Assembly: GCA_040883295.1 (NCBI GenBank) | Contig: JBFLKR010000048.1 | Location: 1-34,184, forward strand | DNA length: 34,184 bases | Direction of reading: 5' to 3' | DNA from: Acidimicrobiia bacterium | Lineage (GTDB): Bacteria; Actinomycetota; Acidimicrobiia; Spongiisociales; JAENVV01 | Part shown: piece after piece, positions 24,425 to 33,243 of the stretch | How the letters are laid out: each line of letters begins with the position of its first letter | How positions within the stretch are numbered: position 1 is the stretch's first letter | The notes under the pieces: model-generated | Databases searched by the model: none | What the model was told of the DNA's origin: nothing | The model's input: only the letters and a program-made list of their open reading frames with translations | Program-made: the position numbers and the translations under genes

Positions 24425-26239
24425 GTGAACCTCCGCAACCTGGCCCTCGTCGCCCACGTCGATCACGGCAAGACCACCCTCGTCGACGCCATGCTCGCCC
24501 GGGCCGGTGCCTTCGCCGCCCACGAGCAGCCGGTCGAGCGGGTGCTCGACTCCTCGGACCAGGAGCGGGAGCGGGGCATCACCATCCTCGCCAAGGCCGC
24601 CTCGGTCCGCTGGGGCGACGTCCGCATCAACCTCGTCGACACGCCGGGCCACGCCGACTTCGGCGGCGAGGTCGAACGGGCCCTCGCCCTCGTCGACGGG
24701 GTCCTCCTCCTCGTCGACGCCGCCGAGGGTCCCCTGCCCCAGACCCGCTACGTGCTGTCGAAGGCCCTCGCCCGCCGCCTCCCCGCCGTCGTCGTCCTGA
24801 ACAAGGTGGATCGCCCCGACGCCCGCCCCGACGCCGTCCTCGACGAGGTGTACCAACTGTTCATCGACCTCGACGCCGAGGACCACGACATCGAATTCCC
24901 CGTCGTCTCCACCATCGCCCGCGAGGGCGCCGCCGTCCTCGGGGTGGGCGTGCCGGGGCCCGGGGACGACCTCGCCCCGCTCCTCGACACGATCGTCGAC
25001 CACGTCCCGCCCCCGGGCGGCGACCCGGCCGCCCCGCTGCAGGCGCTGGTCACCAACCTGGATGCCTCGGACTACCTCGGCCGCCTCGCCATCGGCCGGG
25101 TGGTGGAGGGCACCCTGCGGCGGGGTGAGACGGTCGCCCTCTGCCACGCCGACCCCGACGAGCCGCCGTTGCGTCGACGACTCACCCAGCTCCTGGGCTT
25201 CGACGGCCTGTCCCGGGTGGAGGTGGAGGAGCGGGTTGCCGGCGACCTGTTCGTGGTGGCCGGGTTCCCGGAGGTCGAGATCGGCGACACCCTCGCCGAC
25301 GCCGGCGACCCGGTGCCGCTGCCCCGACTGGTGGTCGACGAACCGGTGCTGCGCATGACCCTCGGGGTGAACACCTCGCCGCTGGCCGGGGCCGATGGGA
25401 CGTTCCTGACCTCCAACCAGATCAAGGAGCGCCTGGCCCGTGAGGTGCTCGGCAACGTCTCGATCCGCGTGGGCCCCACCGCCAACCCGGAGGCCACCGA
25501 GGTCGCCGGGCGGGGCGAACTGCAGCTGGCCGTGCTGGTCGAGTCGATGCGTCGCGAAGGGTTCGAGTTGCAGGTCAGCCGGCCCGAGGTGATCCTCCGC
25601 GAAGTCGATGGCCGGCCCCACGAGCCCGTGGAGCGGGCGGTGGTCGACGTCCCCGACGAGCACGTCGGCACCGTCATCTCGACGGTCGCCGAGCGGAAGG
25701 GATCGGTGGCCGACCTGCGACCCGGCGACGCCGGCCGCACGCTCGTCACCATCACGGCCCCCGCTCGCGGGCTGCTCGGCTTCCGGTCGTTCCTCATGAC
25801 CGCCACCCGGGGCACGGCCCTCGTCCACCAGCACCACGACGGGTGGATGCCCTGGGTCGGGGAGCTTCCCCACCGCGCCGGCGGAGCGATCATCGCCGAT
25901 CGGTCGGGGGTGACCACCACCCACGCCCTCGACAACCTCCAAAAACGCGGGGAGCTGTTCGTCGGGGCGGGCGAGCCGGTCTACGAGGGGATGGTCATCG
26001 GCGAGCACAGCCGGGGCGACGAGCTCCCGGCCAACCCCACGAAGACCAAGCAGCTCACCAAGATGCGCACGGCCAACACCGACGACGGGGTGAAGCTGCG
26101 GCCTCCGCGTCGTCTCACCCTCGAGACGGCGATCGAGTGGATCGGCGACGACGAGCTCGTCGAGGTGACGCCCACCTCCATCCGGGTCCGCAAGCGCCAC
26201 CTCACCGAGTCGGAGCGCAAGCTCGCCGCCAAGCGCTGA
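24425..26239 (+). CDS. typA: Translational GTPase TypA/BipA
   Basis: [37 protein letters not shown]. The 604-aa length fits BipA. GTG 24425 is preferred (TACGAT -10-like box 6 nt upstream). The ORF track starts at GTG 24392. Confidence 0.93.
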   Translation: MNLRNLALVAHVDHGKTTLVDAMLARAGAFAAHEQPVERVLDSSDQERERGITILAKAASVRWGDVRINLVDTPGHADFGGEVERALALVDGVLLLVDAAEGPLPQTRYVLSKALARRLPAVVVLNKVDRPDARPDAVLDEVYQLFIDLDAEDHDIEFPVVSTIAREGAAVLGVGVPGPGDDLAPLLDTIVDHVPPPGGDPAAPLQALVTNLDASDYLGRLAIGRVVEGTLRRGETVALCHADPDEPPLRRRLTQLLGFDGLSRVEVEERVAGDLFVVAGFPEVEIGDTLADAGDPVPLPRLVVDEPVLRMTLGVNTSPLAGADGTFLTSNQIKERLAREVLGNVSIRVGPTANPEATEVAGRGELQLAVLVESMRREGFELQVSRPEVILREVDGRPHEPVERAVVDVPDEHVGTVISTVAERKGSVADLRPGDAGRTLVTITAPARGLLGFRSFLMTATRGTALVHQHHDGWMPWVGELPHRAGGAIIADRSGVTTTHALDNLQKRGELFVGAGEPVYEGMVIGEHSRGDELPANPTKTKQLTKMRTANTDDGVKLRPPRRLTLETAIEWIGDDELVEVTPTSIRVRKRHLTESERKLAAKR

Positions 26240-26243
26240 GGGC

Positions 26244-26915
26244 TCAGGCCTCCAGCGCCGCCCGCAACTCCGCCACGGCCGCCGCCTTTCCGTCGGGATG
26301 GGCGAGGATGGCGCTGCCGGCGATGAAGTGTTCGGCGCCGGCGTCGTGCGCCCGGCGGATCGTGGTCGGCTTGATGCCGCCATCGACCTCGATGGGCGTT
26401 CCCCGCCCGCGATCGTCGAGCATCCGGCGGGCGTCGCGGATCTTGGCCTCCACCGCCTCGATGTAGGCCTGCCCGCCGAAGCCGGGATTCACGGTCATGA
26501 GGACCAACAGGTCGACCTCGTCGAGGACGTGCTCGACGGCGCCCAGTGGCGTCGACGGGTTGAGGGCGACCCCGGCGGCGGCGCCGGTGCCGCGGATCGA
26601 GCCCAGGGTGCGGTGCAGGTGGTGGTCGGTCTCGGCGTGGACGATCACGGTGCTGCAGCCGGCCGCCACGTAGTCCTCGGCCCAGCGGTCGGGTTCCTCG
26701 ATCATGAGGTGCGCCTCGAAGGGCAGGTCGACGACCTCCCGGCAGGCGGCCACGACGTCGGCGCCGAAGGTGAGGTTCGGTACGAAGTGGCCGTCCATGA
26801 CGTCCCACTGGACGGCGTCGACCCCGGCCGCCTCGAGGTCGCGGAGCTCGTCGCCGAGCCGGGCATAGTCGGCGCCGAGGACGGAGGCGATGATGCGGGT
26901 GCTCACGGCCGCCAC
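26244..26915 (-). CDS. rpe: Ribulose-phosphate 3-epimerase
   Basis: IIASVLGADYARLGDELRDLEAAGVDAVQWDVMDGHFVPNLTFG...VNPGFGGQ. Start is GTG 26915 or GTG 26906. Confidence 0.93.
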   Translation of the reverse strand: MAAVSTRIIASVLGADYARLGDELRDLEAAGVDAVQWDVMDGHFVPNLTFGADVVAACREVVDLPFEAHLMIEEPDRWAEDYVAAGCSTVIVHAETDHHLHRTLGSIRGTGAAAGVALNPSTPLGAVEHVLDEVDLLVLMTVNPGFGGQAYIEAVEAKIRDARRMLDDRGRGTPIEVDGGIKPTTIRRAHDAGAEHFIAGSAILAHPDGKAAAVAELRAALEA

Positions 26916-26943
26916 GGTACCCGCTCGTCCCTAGCGTCGCCGC

Positions 26944-27981
26944 ATGGACCGGATCGTCGCGTCGTTCCGGCGCCAGGGCGAGGCATGCGCCGCCCTCGGG
27001 TCGCCGCTGTGGGCCCGCCTGTGCGCGGTCGCGGCCGACGACGCCGAGGACGGGGGAGCGGTGGCCCGAGCCGTGGAGGCTTGGTCGGGTGGTGACCCGA
27101 TGGAGCAGGCGCTCCCGCTCCGGGTGCTCGGCACCGCCCACCGTCTGGCCCTGCTGGGGCGGGCGCCCGACCTCGCAGACCATCTGCCCTCGTGCGGTGG
27201 GGAACCCGGCGGCGGTCTCGAGGGAGCCTTCCTCGCCACGGTCGCCGGCCACCTCCCCGAGTTCCGACGCGACACGATGCGGCCCGTCCAGACCAACGAG
27301 GTCGGGCGATCGGCGGTGTTGCGGGCGGGGCTCGGCGTCATCGCCGAGGAGATGGGCCTACCGATCCGCCTGTTCGAGATCGGAACGGCGGCGGGGTTGA
27401 ACCTTCGACTCGACCGATTCGGTTACCGGCTCGGCGGCCTCGAGGTGTCGGGCGGTCCGCCGGTCCTCACCCCGGCATGGACCGGCCCACCTCCCCCCGC
27501 CGCGCCGGTCGACGTGGTCGATCGGGCCGGCTGCGACCTGCATCCCATCGACGTCACCACCGCCGAGGGGGCGGCCCGGGCCGAGTCGTTCGTGTGGCCG
27601 GACATGACCTGGCGGTTCGAGCGGATGGCCGCCGCCGTGGAGTGTGCCCGATCGGTGCCGGCCGAGCTCGTCGCCGCTCGGGCCATCGACTGGCTCGACG
27701 AGCGCCTCCACGCAGAGCCCGGCACGGTCACCGTGCTCATGCACTCGGTGATGTGGCAGTACATGCCGCCCGAGGAACAGGTGGCCATCGAGCACCTCAT
27801 GGTGGCGAGAGGCCATGACACGACCGCGGAGGCCCCGATCGCCCACCTTCGGTTCGAACCGGTCCTCGAGTCCGACCGCCGCTGGCGCTTCGAGCTGCGT
27901 CTCGCCACCTGGCCAGGCGGCGAGGGGCGGGTGCTGGCCCGCGCCCACCCCCACGCCGAGTGGGTTCGGTGGCTCGACTGA
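26944..27981 (+). CDS. DUF2332-like protein, function unknown
   Basis: 345 aa. N-terminal FRRQGEACAALGSPLWARL and C-terminal HPHAEWVRWL resemble the DUF2332 family (recalled, not searched). Confidence 0.5.
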   Translation: MDRIVASFRRQGEACAALGSPLWARLCAVAADDAEDGGAVARAVEAWSGGDPMEQALPLRVLGTAHRLALLGRAPDLADHLPSCGGEPGGGLEGAFLATVAGHLPEFRRDTMRPVQTNEVGRSAVLRAGLGVIAEEMGLPIRLFEIGTAAGLNLRLDRFGYRLGGLEVSGGPPVLTPAWTGPPPPAAPVDVVDRAGCDLHPIDVTTAEGAARAESFVWPDMTWRFERMAAAVECARSVPAELVAARAIDWLDERLHAEPGTVTVLMHSVMWQYMPPEEQVAIEHLMVARGHDTTAEAPIAHLRFEPVLESDRRWRFELRLATWPGGEGRVLARAHPHAEWVRWLD

Positions 27982-27992
27982 AAGCGCTTACA
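27979..27992. promoter_or_regulatory. LacI-family-type operator O1 (TGnAAnCGnTTnCA)
   Basis: TGAAAGCGCTTACA matches all constrained positions of the LacI/CcpA-type consensus. Overlaps the DUF2332 stop codon. Confidence 0.45.
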
Positions 27993-28035
27993 TCGTTGTC
28001 TGCCAACGGATCCAACCGAATCGACGGGAATCGGT

Positions 28036-28049
28036 TGTAACCGCTTTCG
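28036..28049. promoter_or_regulatory. LacI-family-type operator O2 (one mismatch)
   Basis: TGTAACCGCTTTCG; the last dinucleotide is CG instead of CA. 46 nt upstream of GTG 28095. Confidence 0.35.
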
Positions 28050-28094
28050 GGAATCGATAGCATCCACGCCCGTACCCAGGGCTCAGGAGGGCAC

Positions 28095-29261
28095 GTGGCC
28101 ACCATCTCATTCAACGACGTCGGCAAGATCTACCCCGGGGGCACCCGGGCGATCCAGGGCGTCAACATGGAGATCGACGACGGCGAGTTCGTCGTCCTCG
28201 TCGGACCGTCGGGCTGTGGCAAGTCGACGCTGCTGCGAATGGTCGCCGGGCTGGAGGAGATCACCGAGGGCACCATCGCCATCGGCGACCGGGTGGTGAA
28301 CGACGTCGCCCCCAAGGACCGCGATATCGCCATGGTCTTTCAGAACTACGCCCTGTACCCGCACATGACGGTGTACGACAACATGGCCTTCGGTCTGAAG
28401 CTGCGGAAGTTCAGCAAGGACGAGATCGAGCGTCGGGTGCAGGAGGCGGCGCGAGTCCTCGAGATCACGGACTACCTCGAGCGCAAGCCGAAGGCGCTCT
28501 CGGGTGGCCAGCGCCAGCGGGTGGCCATGGGCCGGGCCATCGTCCGCGAACCGTCGGCCTTCCTGATGGACGAGCCGCTGTCCAACCTCGACGCCAAGCT
28601 CCGGGTGCAGATGCGCTCCGAGTTGGGACTGTTGCATGCACGCCTCGGCACGACCACCGTCTACGTCACCCACGACCAGGTGGAGGCCATGACGATGGGC
28701 GACCGGGTCGCGGTCATGCGCAAGGGCATGCTCCAGCAGGTCGACTCCCCGACCACGCTCTACCGTGAACCGACCAACCTGTTCGTGGCCGGTTTCATCG
28801 GCAGTCCCTCGATGAACTTCATCAACGGGACGCTGACCCGGATCGAGGGATCGACGCCGGCGCTCACCTATGGCAACCACACGCTCGAGCTCCGCAAGGT
28901 TCCGGACAACTTCGCCGAGGGCGAGATCGTGATCGGGATCCGCCCCGAGGCCTTCGACGTCGTCCACGGAGAGGACCCCGGCGACCGTCGGGTCATCGAG
29001 GCCGAGGCGGAGCTCGTCGAGCAGCTCGGTTCCGACGCGTTCATCCACTTCGACCTGCCCATCCGGCCCGTCATCACCCCGGACATCCGCGAGTTGTTGG
29101 AAGACCAGGGTGCCGACGAGTCGAGCCTCGGGGAGACGACCAAGATCGTCGCCCGGGTCGACCCCCAGCTCGCGCCTCGGGCCGGCGAGAAGGTTCGGCT
29201 GACGGTCGACACCGAGAAGGTGCACTTCTTCGACAAGGAGTCCGGTGACGTGATCACCTGA
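28095..29261 (+). CDS. Sugar ABC importer ATPase, MalK/MsiK/UgpC type
   Basis: GPSGCGKST, LSGGQRQRVAMGRAI, FLMDEPLSNLD, plus the C-terminal regulatory (TOBE-like) domain. AGGAGG precedes the GTG start. Confidence 0.92.
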   Translation: MATISFNDVGKIYPGGTRAIQGVNMEIDDGEFVVLVGPSGCGKSTLLRMVAGLEEITEGTIAIGDRVVNDVAPKDRDIAMVFQNYALYPHMTVYDNMAFGLKLRKFSKDEIERRVQEAARVLEITDYLERKPKALSGGQRQRVAMGRAIVREPSAFLMDEPLSNLDAKLRVQMRSELGLLHARLGTTTVYVTHDQVEAMTMGDRVAVMRKGMLQQVDSPTTLYREPTNLFVAGFIGSPSMNFINGTLTRIEGSTPALTYGNHTLELRKVPDNFAEGEIVIGIRPEAFDVVHGEDPGDRRVIEAEAELVEQLGSDAFIHFDLPIRPVITPDIRELLEDQGADESSLGETTKIVARVDPQLAPRAGEKVRLTVDTEKVHFFDKESGDVIT

Positions 29262-29280
29262 CGGTCCCCGATCCTCCTGC

Positions 29281-29312
29281 GACCGGCCCCGGGTGTCCGC
29301 CCGGGGCCGGTC
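29281..29312 (+). terminator. Strong GC hairpin after the ATPase gene
   Basis: GACCGGCCCCGG (29281-29292), 8-nt loop, CCGGGGCCGGTC (29301-29312). 20 nt after the stop. Confidence 0.55.
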
Positions 29313-29337
29313 CGCGTCCCGATGGGCGAATTCGGAA

Positions 29338-29351
29338 TGAAACCGTTTACA
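29338..29351. promoter_or_regulatory. LacI-family-type operator O3
   Basis: TGAAACCGTTTACA matches TGnAAnCGnTTnCA at all constrained positions. Confidence 0.45.
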
Positions 29352-29359
29352 AACGGGTC

Positions 29360-29373
29360 TGTAACCGTTTACA
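29360..29373. promoter_or_regulatory. LacI-family-type operator O4
   Basis: TGTAACCGTTTACA: full consensus match, 6 of 7 palindromic pairs. 51 nt upstream of the malE GTG 29424. Confidence 0.5.
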
Positions 29374-29423
29374 GTGGGGTCGGCCCGTAATCGGGTCCGA
29401 GCCTTTACAGGAGGAAAACAATC

Positions 29424-30746
29424 GTGCGTACCAAGCACTGGTTGCGTCTCGTAGGCCTCACCCTCGCTCTCGCCCTCGTGGTGGCGGCGTGTGGTGGCGA
29501 CGACGCAACCGACGACACCGAGGCCGGCGACACCACCACGACGGAGGCCGCCGAGGAGACCACCACGACCGAGGCTGCCGAGGAGACCACCACGACGGAG
29601 GCCCCCGAGGCCACCGGCTCGCTCCTCATCTGGGCCGACGCCAACCAGGCCCCCGTCTTCGAGGCGGTCGGTGCCGACTTCACCGAGGCCACCGGCGTGG
29701 AGGTCGAGGTCCAGGTCGTCGACCGTGGTGACATCCGCGAGCAGGTCCAGGTCGCCGGCCCCGCCGGCGAGGGTCCCGACATCTTCGTGGGTGCCTTCGA
29801 CTGGACCGGCGAGCTCGCCGCCAATGGCGTCATCGCCCCCGTCGACCTCGGCGCCAACGCCGACGATTTCTTCCAGGTCGCCGTCGACGGCTTCAGTTTC
29901 GGGGGCGAGCTCTACGGCGTCCCGGTGTCGACCGAGGCCATCGCCATGATCGTCAACAACGACCTGGTGCCCGTCGAGGACACCCCGACGGCGATCGAGG
30001 ACCTGGCCGGCGTCTGCGAGGGCATCGAGGGCCTCGAGACCTGTCTGGCGGTCCAGGGCGGCGGCGATGCCGGTGACCTGTACCACATGATCTGGTTCCT
30101 GACGGCCCCAGGTGGCTACATCTTCGGTTTCGACGAGGAGGCCGGCTACGACACGACCGACGTCGGACTCGACTCACCGGGTGCCATCGAGGGCGCCGAG
30201 GTGATCGACCAGCTCACCCGGGACGGCGTCATGGCGTCGATCAACGGTGACACCGCCCAGAACCTGTTCCTCGAGGGTCAGGCACCCTTCTGGGTCACCG
30301 GCCCGTGGAACGTCAGCACCCTCAACGACTCCGGGATCAACTACTCGGTCGTGAAGCTCCCGACCATCGGTGGTGAGACCCCGGCCCCGTTCGTGGGATC
30401 CAACGGCGTCTTCCTGTCGGCCTTCTCCGAGAACGCCGTCATCGCCCAGACGTTCCTGAGCGACTACATCGCCACGACCGAGGTGCAGCGGGCGATCTAC
30501 GATGCCGACCCCCGCAACCCGGCCACCCAGAGCGTGCTCGACCAGCTCGCCGACGATCCGGTCGTCGCGGCCTTCACCTTGTCGGGTGCGGATGGCATCC
30601 CGATGCCGAACATCCCGGAGATGAACTCCGTGTGGGCGGCCGGGGGCGACAACATCCTCGCCCTGCGCAATGGCCAGATCGACCCCGAGCTGGCCATGAC
30701 CTCGGCGGCGGACACCGTGCGTACGCTTCTGGCCGAGGCCGGCTGA
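29424..30746 (+). CDS. malE: Maltose/maltodextrin-binding lipoprotein
   Basis: Signal peptide with lipobox LVVAAC. LLIWADANQAPVFEAVGADFTEATGVEVEV...GPDIFVGAFDW parallels E. coli MalE. AGGAGG SD, GTG start. Confidence 0.9.
   Translation: MRTKHWLRLVGLTLALALVVAACGGDDATDDTEAGDTTTTEAAEETTTTEAAEETTTTEAPEATGSLLIWADANQAPVFEAVGADFTEATGVEVEVQVVDRGDIREQVQVAGPAGEGPDIFVGAFDWTGELAANGVIAPVDLGANADDFFQVAVDGFSFGGELYGVPVSTEAIAMIVNNDLVPVEDTPTAIEDLAGVCEGIEGLETCLAVQGGGDAGDLYHMIWFLTAPGGYIFGFDEEAGYDTTDVGLDSPGAIEGAEVIDQLTRDGVMASINGDTAQNLFLEGQAPFWVTGPWNVSTLNDSGINYSVVKLPTIGGETPAPFVGSNGVFLSAFSENAVIAQTFLSDYIATTEVQRAIYDADPRNPATQSVLDQLADDPVVAAFTLSGADGIPMPNIPEMNSVWAAGGDNILALRNGQIDPELAMTSAADTVRTLLAEAG
29532..29609 (+). repeat. 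2.9 copies of a 27-bp tandem repeat inside malE (TTTTEAAEE linker)
   Basis: Units at 29532-29558, 29559-29585 and 29586-29609 (ACCACCACGACsGAGGCyGCCGAGGAG). They encode TTTTEAAEE TTTTEAAEE TTTTEAPE just after the lipobox Cys. Confidence 0.9.
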
Positions 30747-30800
30747 GCCGATAGTCAGCAACCGCACAGAGACACCGAGCGCGGGGAGGAGGCAGGATCG

Positions 30801-32399
30801 ATGACCACTTCATCGTCCACCTCCTCCCCGCGCTCGCTGTCGTTCTGGGCGGTCGTCGGGATCCTCGCCCTCGTCGATGCCCTGACGATCGCCGCCATCC
30901 CCGTCCTGTGGGCCGCCAATCAGCGGGCCCTTCTGTTCTTCCTCGTCGGCGCAGCCGCGGCCATGAACGTGGTCTACCTGGTGCCCCGCACCAGGGCGTC
31001 CCGATGGATCCTCCCCGGGTTCATCTTCATGGCGCTCTTCGTCATCTGGCCCGTCCTGTACACGGCCTTCGTGTCGCTGACCAACTGGGCCACCGGCAAC
31101 ATCCTCACCCGCGAACAGGTCATCGACCAACTGGAGGGGATTCCGATCGCCGGTGGCGGTGAGTCCGAGAACCTGCCGCTCTTCGTCCTCGCCGACGGCG
31201 ACGACGAGCTCCGCTTCTGGATCCCCGACGATGCCGACGACCAGGTGTACTTCGGCGAACCCCGCGACCGCAACGACGAGCCGAACCCCGACGCCCTCGA
31301 GGATCCCGAGGCCCTGGGCGTGGTCGACGAGGACGGCGACGGCATCCCCGAGTCCGTCGGCGAGTTCGTCCGGCTGGAGACGCGGGACCTCTTCGGGATC
31401 GCCAACGACCTGACCGATCTGGTGCTCGACCTGCCCAATGGGATCGCCACCGTCCAGACCATCTCCCAGGTCCAGCTCGTCGAGTCGACCTCCCGGTACG
31501 TCTACGACCCCGTGACGGAGACGCTCTTCGATGCCCAACTGGGCGTCACCTGCACCGAGGACACCGGCAACTTCGTCTGTGATGGGGAGCGGATCGATCC
31601 CGGCTGGCGGGTGGTCATCGGCTTCGACAACTTCGTCACCGCCCTCACCAACCCGGCCTACCTCGCCCCGCTGGCCGAGATCTTCGCCTGGAACATGGTC
31701 TTCGCGCTTGGCTCGGTGGGATTGACCTTCGGCCTCGGCCTCGGCCTCGCCCTCGCCGTGCAACCCGACCAAGTGCGTGGCCGGGCCTTCTACCGTTCGA
31801 TGTACATCATCCCGTATGCCATCCCGGCCTTCATCTCGGCCGTGGTGTGGCGGGGCCTGCTCAACGACCAGTTCGGCCAGGTCAACGACCTGCTCGGGCG
31901 ACTCGGCATCGACCCGGTCCCGTGGCTGCTCGACCCGTTCTGGGCCAAGGTGGCGGTCCTGTTGGTGAATCTCTGGTTGGGTTTCCCGTACATGTTCCTC
32001 ATCACGAGCGGTGCCCTCCAGTCGATCCCCCAGGAGCTCACCGAGGCGGCCGTCGTCGACGGGGCCGGTGCCGGTCGGATCTTCCGGAGCGTCAAGCTGC
32101 CGTTGTTGCTCGTGTCGACGGCCCCGCTGCTCATCGGGTCGTTCGCCTTCAACTTCAACAACTTCGTCCTCATCTTCATCCTCACCCAGGGCGGGCCTCC
32201 GGTGATCGGTGCCCCGGTACCGTATGGCTCCACGGACATCCTCATCTCGTTCGTGTTCGACCTCGCCTTCGCCGCCGGCCGAGGCTCCAACTTCGGCCTC
32301 GCCTCGGCCTACACGATCCTGATCTTCATCGTCGTCGCCCTCTTCGCCGCGATCGGATTCCGCTCCAGTCGCAACCTCGAGGAGGTCTACGGTGATTAG
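30801..32399 (+). CDS. malF: Maltodextrin ABC permease MalF (with large extracytoplasmic P2-type loop)
   Basis: 532 aa. ...RGRAFYRSMYIIPYAIPAFISAVVWRGLLNDQFGQVNDLL parallels E. coli MalF. About 180-aa acidic loop between early TM helices. Confidence 0.9.
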   Translation: MTTSSSTSSPRSLSFWAVVGILALVDALTIAAIPVLWAANQRALLFFLVGAAAAMNVVYLVPRTRASRWILPGFIFMALFVIWPVLYTAFVSLTNWATGNILTREQVIDQLEGIPIAGGGESENLPLFVLADGDDELRFWIPDDADDQVYFGEPRDRNDEPNPDALEDPEALGVVDEDGDGIPESVGEFVRLETRDLFGIANDLTDLVLDLPNGIATVQTISQVQLVESTSRYVYDPVTETLFDAQLGVTCTEDTGNFVCDGERIDPGWRVVIGFDNFVTALTNPAYLAPLAEIFAWNMVFALGSVGLTFGLGLGLALAVQPDQVRGRAFYRSMYIIPYAIPAFISAVVWRGLLNDQFGQVNDLLGRLGIDPVPWLLDPFWAKVAVLLVNLWLGFPYMFLITSGALQSIPQELTEAAVVDGAGAGRIFRSVKLPLLLVSTAPLLIGSFAFNFNNFVLIFILTQGGPPVIGAPVPYGSTDILISFVFDLAFAAGRGSNFGLASAYTILIFIVVALFAAIGFRSSRNLEEVYGD

Positions 32400-33240
32400 C
32401 CGTCGATCGGTGCTGCTGCGGCACCTCTTCCTGCTCGCCGCCGTTGGCTTCGCCCTCTACCCGGTCATCTGGATCATCTCGGCGTCGATCAACCCGGTCG
32501 ACAACCTCTCGACGACCCGACTCATCCCCGAGGGGCTGACCCTCGACAACTACCGCGAGCTCTTCAACGACCCGCTGGCTCCCTTCCCGCTCTGGCTCGG
32601 GAACTCATGGAAGGTGGCCATCGTCGGCTCGGCCGGCAACCTCGTCCTGGCCTCGCTGGCGGCGTTCGCCTTCAGCCGCCTGCGCTTCCGGGGGCGGCGG
32701 GCCGGGCTCCTGACGCTCCTGCTGGTGCAGGTGTTCCCGCAGTTCCTCGGCTTCATCGCCATCTTCTTCACCCTGCAGGCGATCGGAGCCGTGGCGCCCG
32801 GGTTCGGGCTCGACACCCACAGTGGTCTCATTCTCGTCTACCTGGGCGGGGCCATCGGCTTCAACACGTACCTCATCAAGGGCTTCATGGACACGATTCC
32901 CGCCTCACTGGATGAGGCGGCCAAGGTCGATGGCGCCAGCCCTGGGCGGATCTTCTGGCAGATCGTGCTTCCCCTGGCACGTCCGGTGCTCGCCGTGATA
33001 TTCATCATCACGTTCGTCAACCTCTACTCCGAGCTGCTGCTCGCCTCCGTGATCCTCCGCTCGGCGGAGAATTTCACGCTTGCGATCGGCCTGCAGCAGT
33101 ACTCGCTCAACGAGTACGCGGCCCGGTGGGGGGCCATGACGGCTGCCGCCATCCTCGGATCCGCCCCGATCGTGGTCACCTTCCTGGTGGCCCAAAAGCA
33201 GATCCTGGGCGGCCTCACCCAGGGTGGCGTCAAGGGCTGA
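32392..33240 (+). CDS. malG: Maltodextrin ABC permease MalG
   Basis: 282 aa. EAA motif LDEAAKVDGASPGRIFWQIVLPLARP. GTG start overlapping the malF end by 8 nt. Confidence 0.9.
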   Translation: MISRRSVLLRHLFLLAAVGFALYPVIWIISASINPVDNLSTTRLIPEGLTLDNYRELFNDPLAPFPLWLGNSWKVAIVGSAGNLVLASLAAFAFSRLRFRGRRAGLLTLLLVQVFPQFLGFIAIFFTLQAIGAVAPGFGLDTHSGLILVYLGGAIGFNTYLIKGFMDTIPASLDEAAKVDGASPGRIFWQIVLPLARPVLAVIFIITFVNLYSELLLASVILRSAENFTLAIGLQQYSLNEYAARWGAMTAAAILGSAPIVVTFLVAQKQILGGLTQGGVKG

Positions 33241-33243
33241 TCG

